Below are positions 55,557-64,000 of a stretch of 64,000 bases of DNA, piece by piece (position 1 is the first letter of the stretch; every line of letters begins with the position of its first letter). The stretch is from Patescibacteria group bacterium. Lineage in GTDB: Bacteria; Patescibacteriota; Minisyncoccia; Phycocordibacterales; JBBTRF01. The notes below the pieces were generated by a model that did no database searches, was not told where the DNA came from, and saw only the letters and a program-made list of their open reading frames with translations. The DNA is taken from NCBI GenBank assembly GCA_038065315.1, contig JBBTRF010000001.1:300776-364775 (forward strand), written 5' to 3'. Made by a program: the position numbers and the translations under genes.

Positions 55557-55975
55557 ATGTCCCACATCTATAAGCCGAATTCTGTCCGCCGGCTCGGTTT
55601 GCGCCTCGCCGGCTGAATGACCATTTATCTAGGCCGAGGATCGCTCCCCGGCTCGAGCGGCACCCCTGTCCGGCGGCATTGCTGCCGCCGGACGGTACGG
55701 CCTTGCACACAGGTAAGGATTTTGCCGTTGCACCCCTCCCGTCACCGGGAAGATTCATCTGCGACCTTTCGACCGCAGATGCCGAACCCCTTTCGGGACC
55801 CAGCGTCTCTGTTCGCACCTCTCGCTATCGCGCCCTCTTGCGAAGACCGACAGATCGGACGGGCGTTACCCGCTACCCTGCTGCCGGCGCCTTGCGGCGC
55901 CGGCGAGTGTTCGGACTTTCCTCACCAGACGGCCCTTTCGAGCGATCTGGCGCAGTCATTCAATGTAGGGACCTA
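55557..55975 (-). ncRNA. rnpB: RNase P RNA (bacterial type A)
   Basis: The minus strand shows GAGGAAAGTCCGAACAC (P4 5' strand), GGGTAACGCC, GCCTAGATAAATGGTCATTC and ACAGAATTCGGCTTATAG (P4 3' strand), collinear with E. coli M1 RNA. P2 (TGAATGAC/GTCATTCA) pairs. A terminator AACCGCC-tgaaat-GGCGGTTTTTCTTTTG follows at ~55510-55545. No real CDS lies here. Confidence 0.8.
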
Positions 55976-56271
55976 TTTAGAATACCATGTTTCTCATGAG
56001 AAGTAAATGCCGGAATACCCATCGCACCCCTTGCCGGGGTGGATGGCACAGTGGTTTCAAGTAGGTGCGGATTTTTCATACTTCCTCATACTTTGTATGA
56101 ATTTGTATGAAAAATCCGCAGGCACTATTTTCACCGCGAGAAACCCGACGAGACAGTGGTAAAACGCAAAAGGCATTCAACTGGAGCCTAGCGAGCGCGA
56201 CCGGCGCGAGCTCGAGGAATTTTCTAGCAAGAAAATATCCGTGCTCCAGGAGAATGTCTTTTGCGTTTTCC

Positions 56272-58608
56272 CTACTTCTTCGATTCGCTTGGCACCGTCT
56301 CAATCTCACATACCCCACCGGCACACGCGAGCTCTTTCTTGACTTCGGTCTCATCAGCGCGCTCGTAGGTCACAATCTTCGAGAAGTCGATGTGTTCGTA
56401 GCGCTTCGCGAGCTCATTGTACTGCACCTCGGTGATCTCCTCGTATGGAGCGAGTCGATACACGTGATTGCTTCGAGGGAGGAACGAGAGTCCACCGACG
56501 ATATCCCAATTCTTGTAGACCCAGTTGCCCACCTCAAGCCACTCGTCATCGCCGACAGAGACGGTGGTCGAAGGATTGTGCTCGGTGAAATTGACCTTGA
56601 CCTGCTTCCAGTATTCGAGCTGGTCGATCGCAGTCTGGTCATTCTTAAAAATAGAACCCTTTGGCGCTCGGACCGGGAAGTCCACGACGTAGGTAGTTGC
56701 ATTCTCGAGGGTCTGCCCTACTTCCGGATGATACTGCACGCCCTGCTCCTTGAGCATCTTGAAGAGTGCGTCGGTCGCCGCGATTCGCACTCGTCGGATA
56801 TAGAACGGTGCAAATCGTGGGTGCACGCCAGACGAACAATCCACGGTCTGAGAAAGATTTCCTGATGGCTTGGTGCAAGTGATCGAAGCGGAAGGATTGA
56901 TGCCGAAGCGCTTAGCAAACTGTTTGTTGACCTTGATCGATTCATCTCGTAATGCTCGCATTACCTCAGGCTTTCGAGATGCCGGAGAGTCCCACTGACC
57001 GGTAATTGATACCCCGAGGAGTCGCTCCTCTTCACAATTCTTCTTCCATTCCGGAGAAAGGTACATGAAATTGGTAAGAGAGGACTGGTAGGTGCCAATG
57101 ATGGTCGCCACACGGATCTTGCGCTTGAGAGATTCGAGAGTGTCTTCATGTCGCGCAACGACTTCAGTGAGGTTGCAGAATTGCTTTGATCGAAGAATGA
57201 TTTCGCCGCAAGGGTTGGTGCCATAGCTATCGATATAGCCCTTTGAAATCGCGAGGCGTCGTGCTGGCATGGTGGTCTTGAGGCCGCCTCGGTTGAAAAT
57301 ACCTCGCTCACCAGAACCCGACTTCATGAGTGCTGTCCACTCGTCGAGAAATTCGGCGTTCGAAGGCTTCTGCATGTATACCGCGGAGTTGTTAGCAAGA
57401 GAACGCTGTGGCTGGGTCATATAGAACTGTCCCTTCTTTGAATCGCGGATCTCGAGATCGTCGAGGTCAGAGAGCGAGATGAGCGCGGTTCGTCGCACAC
57501 CACCAGACACCACACCTTCGCCAATCTTGCAGATAATATCGTGCGCATCGAGGTTGCTGAGGCGTCGACCCTGTCGGCTGAGAATCTTGGTTCGAGTGAA
57601 CTGATGAATCTCCATCAATGGCGCTGGACCAGAGCTCTTGCCGCCCATAGTCTTCAGTCGTGCGCCGGCTGGTCGGAGCTCCGAGTAATCAAACTGCACA
57701 TCCTTGCCTTCGAACCACATCTTCATACCGAAGGCGAATGAATCCGCCCAACCCTCTCGGCTGTCTGGAATCACAAACTTCACCACTTCGCCGGTCTGCT
57801 CTTTAATGATCGGGAGCTTCTGCACGTTGCGAGTCTCGACAGAGAAACCGACGCCGGCTCCAGACATGGAGAGCGCCATAATCTCAGCAAAATCCTGGTA
57901 CGATTCCGGAGCGATAAATGAACAGTTGTACGCAGTGACATTGCTCTTGCGCGCCGCTGGGCCAGCGAATTGAAGAAGACGCATTGACGGCATCGCCTCC
58001 TGCTTCGCGATAGTGTCGCGCACTTCCTTGTACTCTGCCTCTTTGAGCTTGCCGCCAAGATTCTCTCGCATGAAAGACATGTAGCGATCCACGGTTTCTA
58101 CCCAAGTCTCACGACGACCTTCGGTGTCGATCCATCGAGAGTAGGTTCGGTAGTAGATAAATTCGCCGAGCGCATTGCGGAAATGGCTCTTGCTTTCCGC
58201 AGCGAGCTTGCGCACATGCTCTGGCACCTGCACACCCTTCTCGCGGAGCTTGGTGCGCTCCTGTCGATAGAGAATGTAGGCCTTTGCTGCCTTCACATAG
58301 TCGCTCATCATGAGCTGCTGCTCGATCATATCCTGCATTCCCTCCACGGTAGGAACAAAGTCAGCGTGCTTCTTGGTGATCCGGACCAATTCAGCATACA
58401 CCTTGTGTGCCACGAGCTCAGCTTCTTCCATTGAACCCTCGGTCACATCCAACATCGCCTTGTGAATCGCGTTTGAGATTCGCGAAAGATCAAACGGCGC
58501 GAGTGTGCCGTTGCGCTTCTTCACGGTCTTGATCAAGCCTCCCATTCGGGAGCTCTGCTTTGCTTCCTTGTCTTTCTTTTCTGATGATCGTGGCGCTTTT
58601 TTCGGCAT
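56272..58608 (-). CDS. nrdJ: adenosylcobalamin-dependent ribonucleotide reductase (class II, NrdJ)
   Basis: N-terminal ATP-cone-like region, RNR barrel with NPCGEIILRSKQFCNLTEV, C-terminal CAGGVCE. The start could be Met1 (58608) or Met22 (MGGLIKTV). Confidence 0.9.
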   Translation of the reverse strand: MPKKAPRSSEKKDKEAKQSSRMGGLIKTVKKRNGTLAPFDLSRISNAIHKAMLDVTEGSMEEAELVAHKVYAELVRITKKHADFVPTVEGMQDMIEQQLMMSDYVKAAKAYILYRQERTKLREKGVQVPEHVRKLAAESKSHFRNALGEFIYYRTYSRWIDTEGRRETWVETVDRYMSFMRENLGGKLKEAEYKEVRDTIAKQEAMPSMRLLQFAGPAARKSNVTAYNCSFIAPESYQDFAEIMALSMSGAGVGFSVETRNVQKLPIIKEQTGEVVKFVIPDSREGWADSFAFGMKMWFEGKDVQFDYSELRPAGARLKTMGGKSSGPAPLMEIHQFTRTKILSRQGRRLSNLDAHDIICKIGEGVVSGGVRRTALISLSDLDDLEIRDSKKGQFYMTQPQRSLANNSAVYMQKPSNAEFLDEWTALMKSGSGERGIFNRGGLKTTMPARRLAISKGYIDSYGTNPCGEIILRSKQFCNLTEVVARHEDTLESLKRKIRVATIIGTYQSSLTNFMYLSPEWKKNCEEERLLGVSITGQWDSPASRKPEVMRALRDESIKVNKQFAKRFGINPSASITCTKPSGNLSQTVDCSSGVHPRFAPFYIRRVRIAATDALFKMLKEQGVQYHPEVGQTLENATTYVVDFPVRAPKGSIFKNDQTAIDQLEYWKQVKVNFTEHNPSTTVSVGDDEWLEVGNWVYKNWDIVGGLSFLPRSNHVYRLAPYEEITEVQYNELAKRYEHIDFSKIVTYERADETEVKKELACAGGVCEIETVPSESKK

Positions 58609-58892
58609 GTGGATGATAATGGATTATGGTTAATTCTTCTTGATAAAGAATTCATTACTTCTTTATCGTGTAAAGACTATTTTACTCCAATCCATACCTC
58701 GCGCATAGGCAGTGGCAAGCGGTTTTGCGCAAGAAAATACAAAAAAGCTCCCGTGGCAATGGCATGCTGAAAATGCCTTGCAAACGAGGGCTTTTCTGGG
58801 AGATAAACGAGCGTTTTCTTTTAGAAGAATTTTATCTTCTCGATTTTTTAGACTTTTTCATCCCTTCTGTGGAAAAGTTTTCGACCTTATCC

Positions 58893-60065
58893 TCAAAAGT
58901 GCGTCGAGAGCGGTGTGCCGAGACCGGTCACGAAGTCGTAGTGCTTGCGCGCTGAACAGTAGAAGGTACAGTCGCCGTTTTTTCCGCTCACAATGTCTCG
59001 AAAAAAGTCCGCGTTCTTCTCAGAGGCTTTCGCTTTGTAAAATGATTCGTGCGAGACATTGCTGCCGATCATTTTGATCGCTGCCCAAGCCGGTGCGCCA
59101 GCACTCGTACCACCCAGCACATGCCAACCACTCTTTTTTGCCCCGGCTGAGGTAGAGAATACCGAGAAGCCGGTCTTGGGGTCAGCGGCAAAGGCCACGT
59201 CTGGGACCGCTCGCTTGCCATTGGCCTTCGAGATCACGTAATCGGCCTGGAAATTGGGTTGAATTGAATACTTACTCACCCCACCACCACTTCCCGACCA
59301 CGCTTTTTCTGAGAGCATCGAACCATCCTTCTTCAGATTAAGTGTCGTGCCGCCAACCGAGACGACATTCGGTGACGCTGCCGGCCAACTCACCCCCGTG
59401 CCACTGTCACCAGACGAAGCGAAAAAAGTGGCACCGTATTTTGAAGTGAAGTGATCTTCAAGATGGATCTGGTCAGGAAATTCTTTACCACCCCAGCTCA
59501 TGGAGATCGCTGATACATCTTTGCGACCACGTGCGTAGTCGATCGCCTCGAGCAAATCCTTCCCTTTCGCCGATTTCGCCACTACTAAAAGTATTTTGGC
59601 CTTCGGAGCGATGGCGTGTGCCCACTCAACGTCGAGTGCGCTCTCGAGAGCCCAGGTGGTGTTCGCCTTTATTTTTGGATCCATCAGGTGCTTTTCGAAG
59701 CAACCGTTTACTTTCGTACAAGCCGGCAATGAAAATTGCCCGTTGAACACGGCGAGATCTTGCTCGATCGTCGGATTGTCATATGCCGTGATGATGGCGA
59801 GGGTCTTTTTAGTAGTCGAGCTTGCAGTTGTCGAAAAGGCGGAAGCCGCGCTGGAGGCGGAGACCGGCGGCACCCGCTCAATGAGACGATAAATGCGCTT
59901 TACTTGGTCGGGCGTGAGGCCTTTTGGACTCGCACTCACCGAGCCATACGATTTAATGTCCGGCTTAGCGACAAAATCTTCCAAACCACCAATAGCTTGA
60001 GCCATTTGTGGGCTAGCGAGGCTAAAAATAATGCCGAGAGCGATGGCTGCGATAGATATATTCAT
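58893..60065 (-). CDS. secreted S8/S53-family serine peptidase (subtilase/sedolisin-like)
   Basis: Starts at Met10 (MNISIAAIALGIIFSLASPQMAQA), a signal peptide. SGDSGTG and GGTSAGAPAWA catalytic-Ser motifs. The track ORF begins at GTG 60092. Confidence 0.7.
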   Translation of the reverse strand: MNISIAAIALGIIFSLASPQMAQAIGGLEDFVAKPDIKSYGSVSASPKGLTPDQVKRIYRLIERVPPVSASSAASAFSTTASSTTKKTLAIITAYDNPTIEQDLAVFNGQFSLPACTKVNGCFEKHLMDPKIKANTTWALESALDVEWAHAIAPKAKILLVVAKSAKGKDLLEAIDYARGRKDVSAISMSWGGKEFPDQIHLEDHFTSKYGATFFASSGDSGTGVSWPAASPNVVSVGGTTLNLKKDGSMLSEKAWSGSGGGVSKYSIQPNFQADYVISKANGKRAVPDVAFAADPKTGFSVFSTSAGAKKSGWHVLGGTSAGAPAWAAIKMIGSNVSHESFYKAKASEKNADFFRDIVSGKNGDCTFYCSARKHYDFVTGLGTPLSTHF

Positions 60066-60175
60066 ATGTATGCGTGTTATTGAGTAATACACATAGCATA
60101 CAAAAAGAGCGATAGAGAAACTGCTAAGAAAGGTTCAAGAAACCGCTAAGATTTGGTAGAGAAATGATGAAGAAA

Positions 60176-62647
60176 CTAGCGCCACGTAAACGACTTCACC
60201 GCTTGATCGAAAATGAGAACATTTTTCTCGAAGTCCGCCTCATCATCAATGTAAGAAATCCAGCGTTTCATTTCATCCTTATCGATAAATACCTGCTTCA
60301 CTTTCAACTTTGGCGGAAGTTGTCCTTCGGTCCCAAATTCGCCTTGATATGACCCTACAAAGTAGGCGGCAGGGTTGCCATCAACAGTGGTCGTGCCAGT
60401 CTCAAGTAGTTTGAATCCTTTCGTCTCTCCATACCACTGCTTCCAGGAAATCACTGAGTCATCTCGGTAGTCGGCGATTGGATATTTTCTAGGATACAGT
60501 TCGGCATCGATGACGCCAACACCCATCACTCCACGAAACACGTCTTCTGATTCCAATAATGGCATGTATGACTCGACGGTTAGATTAGGAATGTCGAGCT
60601 CAGCGTTTCTTGACCACTCTTTCGGGACTGTAAGCGTGTGACCGAATTGGCGATTTTCGTACACCGCAAGGCTGTCGTCAGTATCGGTTACCGAGGAGAC
60701 AGTATCAGTTATCGTGAATGTTCGCGAGACTTTTTGTATCAATGAATCCTGGATCTCTGGACCGTTGAATCCATCGAAAGCGAGGGTGTACACCTTCCCA
60801 TTGTGGGCCGCAAAAATAGCGGTTACCGTAGATGTCGCGATATCTCCAACATCTCGAAAACTGAAAGACAGGAGGGTTGCATCGTACCCAGACAGTTTGG
60901 TAGGCTCATTTCGTTCAATAACAAAGCTCTGAGCAGCTCTCGTACTAAGGCGGATGTAGGTGTCCACAAAATCCTTTAACCCTTTCGCGTAGCGATTCAC
61001 AGAAACTCGAATTCTTTGATTATCGACTAAGAAGCCGTCGACGTCATACTCCGGCTTCACGAAGCGTGCGATGTGCCCATCTTCTGGAGTGCCCCCGACT
61101 GAAAGCCATTCGCTTGGATACTCGAGGACAAAGCCATAATCACGATTCATGTAACGACTAATATCGCCCACCGTCTTCTGAGTGTAGTATGGATACCAGG
61201 AAGCGATCATAGACCTCGCGTCTGGAAGATATTTCGAGAAATCAGCGGGAGTAGCCTCATAAGAAAGTAGGTAATAGAAGTTGCCCCTCAGGAAGAATGT
61301 TTGAAACACTTTTCGAGGACCGACGATGCTAGAAGTCGTTGAGGAAAGTCTCTCAATCACGTAGGTGATTTCTGTTGATGGATAAATTGAAATCGTACTT
61401 GTTGCGACCATCATAGAGACAACCTTCGATTTTTGGTTCTCTTTAATTGAAGAAATGAGGAAGTCTCTGAATGAATCCTCATCTTTGGCTGTCTCTGGTA
61501 AATTACCGACAGTGATGACGATGGCGGTAGTCGATGCGATCGATTTGTTATCTGGACCGAAAATAATTTGATGACCGTAGACCTCTGAATCCGACGCGAG
61601 AGCCTCGCCAGTCTTCCGCCAAGATACAGGATAATCTATCGTGAATAAATCTGTCGCGTTTTCTGAGGTAAAGTATGTTTCGTGCGGAACCACCACCTGC
61701 TCTAGCTCACTGAAGCGGTTGGCTGAGATGGCCTCTTTGAAACCGAGGTAAAAGGCGACCGAAGAAATCGTGATTAGGCCAATGATGGCGACAGCCATTG
61801 AAGCCACGAGCTTCTTCTTTCGCTTTTTGTCGAGAGCTTCATCCGGTGCAATCTCTGCGGCTCTTATCGAGCGGAGATCGTAGTAGATTTCAAATACCGT
61901 GAGGATAGAGAGTGGTGCAAAAAAGAGGAAAATGCCAGCGGCAAAAATAATTCCAGCGACAACATATACAATAATGCTAATAATCGTGCCCTTGAAAAGT
62001 ATCGCAAGGACTACTGTTGGGATCGCCAAAATAGCTGTGGCCAAAAGAGTGAGTAGGCCGACGAGGAGGGTGGTGCTGATCATTCTAAGCAACACTTTCC
62101 ACCAATACCCGCGGACCAATCTCCAGCTCCCCAAGATCGCTTGGAAACCCTTCCGCCCTTCTTCAAACAACTCGTACTGAGAAAACACTAGATATCCGGA
62201 CAAAATAATACCGGGAACAATGAAAAGAAGTGTCGCACCCGCAGTCGCTAGTGACGAAATAATAGATATAAGAATAAGTGACCAGAATAGCGGTCTTGCC
62301 TTTCTGTACGCATCTTTTATGCCGACAAACTGCCCTTTGCGAATATCGACAATACTTTTGAAAAGTGCAACCTTGGAAAGCAGGAGAAAGAGCCAAAGAA
62401 GTAGACCGAGGATAAGGGAGAGAATGATCATGGATACAGACATGCTCAAATCCCCAGTTCCCTTATCGATGGTATCTGAAAAGTTACCGAGGCGCAGACT
62501 GACATTTCCCAAACCACCGAGCAAAAAGAGCGGCCACAATTTTTTAAAATGCTCTTTGTAGAATGTGTAGGCTTTTTTTACAAGCAACGACGGACCGAGT
62601 AACGTCCTTTTCTCCACACCGAGCGGCGCGATTGTGTTTGGATCCAT
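60176..62647 (-). CDS. large hypothetical membrane protein (823 aa; N-terminal polytopic region, C-terminal extracytoplasmic domain)
   Basis: ~8 TM in the first 330 aa, then a ~490-aa soluble domain. No domain recognised. TAAGAAT lies 7 nt upstream of the ATG. Confidence 0.5.
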   Translation of the reverse strand: MDPNTIAPLGVEKRTLLGPSLLVKKAYTFYKEHFKKLWPLFLLGGLGNVSLRLGNFSDTIDKGTGDLSMSVSMIILSLILGLLLWLFLLLSKVALFKSIVDIRKGQFVGIKDAYRKARPLFWSLILISIISSLATAGATLLFIVPGIILSGYLVFSQYELFEEGRKGFQAILGSWRLVRGYWWKVLLRMISTTLLVGLLTLLATAILAIPTVVLAILFKGTIISIIVYVVAGIIFAAGIFLFFAPLSILTVFEIYYDLRSIRAAEIAPDEALDKKRKKKLVASMAVAIIGLITISSVAFYLGFKEAISANRFSELEQVVVPHETYFTSENATDLFTIDYPVSWRKTGEALASDSEVYGHQIIFGPDNKSIASTTAIVITVGNLPETAKDEDSFRDFLISSIKENQKSKVVSMMVATSTISIYPSTEITYVIERLSSTTSSIVGPRKVFQTFFLRGNFYYLLSYEATPADFSKYLPDARSMIASWYPYYTQKTVGDISRYMNRDYGFVLEYPSEWLSVGGTPEDGHIARFVKPEYDVDGFLVDNQRIRVSVNRYAKGLKDFVDTYIRLSTRAAQSFVIERNEPTKLSGYDATLLSFSFRDVGDIATSTVTAIFAAHNGKVYTLAFDGFNGPEIQDSLIQKVSRTFTITDTVSSVTDTDDSLAVYENRQFGHTLTVPKEWSRNAELDIPNLTVESYMPLLESEDVFRGVMGVGVIDAELYPRKYPIADYRDDSVISWKQWYGETKGFKLLETGTTTVDGNPAAYFVGSYQGEFGTEGQLPPKLKVKQVFIDKDEMKRWISYIDDEADFEKNVLIFDQAVKSFTWR

Positions 62648-62698
62648 GATGTTATTCTTATCAATGATACGCGAATGGTTCTGGAACGTAAAGGGATT

Positions 62699-62862
62699 CG
62701 GTCCTTACAGGACCACCCTAGAAGCTTCGGTCCTTGCAGGACCAGTACGGGTTTCCCATTTTCTTGGAGCAAAGCTCCTCGAAAATATGGGAGAACCTTT
62801 TCGAATCCCTCACGCAGGCACTCAAGTGCCTGCTTCTTTCCTCCGTTCGCTCCGCTCACTGC
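62699..62862 (-). repeat. tRNA-adjacent conserved structured element, copy 2 (3' of tRNA-Ser)
   Basis: On the minus strand, 21 nt after tRNA-Ser, it begins GGAAAGA (identical to the tRNA-Ser 5' acceptor) + AG. Then hairpin GCAGGCAC-TTGA-GTGCCTGC (compensatory relative to copy 1), GAGGGATTCGAAAAGGTTCTC, the shared ~75-nt core, and the terminal hairpin GGTCCTGyAAGGACC present twice in tandem. Confidence 0.7.
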
Positions 62863-62949
62863 GGAAAGAGAGGGATTCGAACCCTCGATACCCTTTCGGA
62901 TATACAACCTTTCCAGGGTTGCCCATTCGACCGCTCTGGCATCTTTCCA
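62863..62949 (-). tRNA. tRNA-Ser (GGA), type II
   Basis: The reverse complement GGAAAGATGCCAGAGCGGTCGAATGGGCAACCCTGGAAAGGTTG (anticodon GGA), variable arm TATATCCGAAAGGGTATC, T-arm GAGGGTTCGAATCCCTC, acceptor TCTTTCC-G. Confidence 0.8.
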
Positions 62950-62959
62950 ATATGTAGTT

Positions 62960-63163
62960 TTATACTGTCACGATCTGAATCGGCCGACTTAAGTCGCCCT
63001 TAGAAATGACATCTGAAGCACTTAGCAGCTCGATGCCGACGATGCGTCCCTCCTTATCAACGTCGGCATGGAAGCCTCCTCCCACCTCGACGGTACGCTC
63101 GATATCACCAGATCGAAAAGAGAGATACAGAGCATCGATATTTTTATCATACGTTACTTTCAT
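62960..63163 (-). CDS. DUF2283 family protein (antitoxin-like partner)
   Basis: 67 aa (MKVTYDKNIDALYLSF...GRIVGIELLSAS) matches DUF2283 (family from memory). Overlaps the upstream DUF4258 gene by 17 nt. Confidence 0.65.
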   Translation of the reverse strand: MKVTYDKNIDALYLSFRSGDIERTVEVGGGFHADVDKEGRIVGIELLSASDVISKGDLSRPIQIVTV

Positions 63164-63371
63164 GGTATGTGGTGATAATTATATATAATACTGACTCGAC
63201 AACATAAATCACGACGAGGCTCCTAGTTCCATATCTGCGAACAGCCTTTTTCCTGCCAACTCGCAAAAAGGAAATCTTTTCGGGTCGCCTCACCGTTTCG
63301 AATACCCGAAACAAGCTGACCTCCCTCTGCCGCATTCTCTCTTTCGCATGTTCAGTGTATACAATCCTCAT
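63147..63371 (-). CDS. DUF4258 family protein (toxin-like partner)
   Basis: 74 aa (MRIVYTEHAKERMRQREVSL) has the DUF4258 HAxERMxxR signature. Confidence 0.65.
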   Translation of the reverse strand: MRIVYTEHAKERMRQREVSLFRVFETVRRPEKISFLRVGRKKAVRRYGTRSLVVIYVVESVLYIIITTYHESNV

Positions 63372-63481
63372 GTTTTTGCAACAAAATGTAATAGCTACAT
63401 TGTCGCAAAAGCGCGATAGAGAAACTGCTAAAAAGCGATAAAGAAAGCGCTAAGAAATGATAAAGTTTCTATGAATTTCCG

Positions 63482-64000
63482 CTACCAACTCCCACTCGAC
63501 CCACCCCCTCCTGAACTGCCACCGCCAAAGCCTCCGAATCCACCGCCTGAGGACCCGCCTCGTCCACCACCAAACCACCATGGCGCAACGCCGTGCGATA
63601 GCATCGAACGGTGGTACGAACGCGAAAGCAGAAAGTCGAGGATTAGGCCGAGCACGATCAGAATCGCCGTCCAAGCGACGCCGGTGTAGAGAAATCCGTA
63701 GATAAAGCCAATAATAATGCCCCCGACACCGCCAAGCACTCCTCCCAACCACCACGAACGCGAGGCACCCAAAATACTGCCGACAAAACTGAAGAAAAAG
63801 AATGCGAATACCAAAATCGAGTCGAAAGAAAGTCCCATGAATCCTGATGAATGCTCGACCGACGGAACATCCGCTATTGCAGACGGATCCCCGCCCAATG
63901 CGCCGGCGATTTGGCGCACCGCGGCGCTAATGCCGCCGTAATAATCGCCGGCGCGAAACGCCGGGGTCAAAGTATTGCGAATGATCGCCCCACTCTGCGC
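63482..64000 (-). CDS. TPM-domain (YgcG-like) membrane protein, partial (N-terminus beyond window end)
   Basis: The reading frame is open to 64000. The visible part is the end of a TPM fold (AGDYYGGISAAVRQIAGALGG), TM helices, and a Gly/Ser-rich tail (GGGRGGSSGGGFGGFGGGSSGGGGSSGSW). Confidence 0.5.
   Translation of the reverse strand, partial: AQSGAIIRNTLTPAFRAGDYYGGISAAVRQIAGALGGDPSAIADVPSVEHSSGFMGLSFDSILVFAFFFFSFVGSILGASRSWWLGGVLGGVGGIIIGFIYGFLYTGVAWTAILIVLGLILDFLLSRSYHRSMLSHGVAPWWFGGGRGGSSGGGFGGFGGGSSGGGGSSGSW

Noticed and set aside
55471-56006. ORFs 55617-56006(+), 55679-55999(+) and 55471-55818(-)
   Set aside because: The region is RNase P RNA (P4 strands, GGGTAACGCC and other type-A landmarks on the minus strand). 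Its high GC gives stop-free frames by chance.
56107-56865. ORF 56107-56865(+)
   Set aside because: It is antisense to nrdJ, and its translation is low-complexity.
58609-58892. Annotating a cobalamin riboswitch as a feature upstream of nrdJ
   Set aside because: Only B12-box-like heptamers were seen. The conserved 5' core could not be confirmed without a covariance-model search.
47148-62650. Treating the 15.6-kb region between the two repeat elements as a genomic island
   Set aside because: It contains essential core genes (lepA, murJ, rnpB, nrdJ) with normal composition. There is no integrase or transposase.

Overview
This 64-kb window looks like a gene-dense bacterial chromosome segment with a Patescibacteria/CPR-like flavour. 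That is an inference from short housekeeping proteins, a tandem array of pilin-like genes, an intein-containing gyrA, a class II ribonucleotide reductase and very short or absent 5' leaders.

Recognisable genes include clpB (partial at the window start), a cysteine desulfurase, infB-rbfA, gyrA carrying a 394-aa HNH-type intein, rpsA, pth, lepB, a divergent hisS-like gene, rpsU, ybeY-ftsA-ftsZ, trxB, a Nudix-tsaD fusion, valS, lepA, murJ, nrdJ, a PrsW protease, Hsp20, a glutaredoxin and several peptidases. I also call 11 tRNAs and an RNase P RNA (rnpB, minus strand, buried under spurious ORFs). tRNAs: Cys-GCA, Leu-TAA, Lys-CTT, Leu-TAG, Glu-TTC, Ser-CGA, Val-GAC, Phe-GAA, Arg-CCT, Gly-CCC, Ser-GGA.

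Most interesting observations:
1. A minus-strand operon-like cluster (11905-17906). It encodes five tandem, diverged VirB2/TrbC-like (T4SS-type) pilin paralogs next to an orphan solute-binding-like protein, a SAM methyltransferase and a 731-aa Ser/Thr/Gly-rich secreted protein. This is a candidate surface-appendage or cell-cell interaction locus.
2. A ~120-150 nt structured repeat in two copies, each immediately 3' of a different tRNA (tRNA-Gly at 47050, tRNA-Ser at 62863). Each copy begins with an exact copy of the adjacent tRNA's own 5' acceptor heptamer and contains a hairpin with compensatory base changes between copies. The copies bracket a 15.6-kb core segment.
3. A tRNA-like remnant downstream of tRNA-Leu(TAG).
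4. An ORF with a LAGLIDADG-like motif that reads through tRNA-Val.
5. A 29-bp perfect inverted repeat after ftsZ.
6. A 21-nt motif (CGATAGAGAAACTGCTAAGAAA) at the -35 region of three unrelated genes.
7. A genome-wide promoter style: a TGnTAnnnT extended -10 sits 5-12 nt upstream of many start codons, implying leaderless transcripts.
8. A 39-bp perfect palindrome inside an ORF6N gene.
9. A low-GC islet downstream of tRNA-Ser(CGA).
10. A DUF4258/DUF2283 toxin-antitoxin-like pair.

I found no CRISPR array, rRNA, transposase or integrase. Coordinates of small RNA and repeat features are hand-counted and may be off by 1-2 nt; CDS coordinates follow the supplied ORF track.
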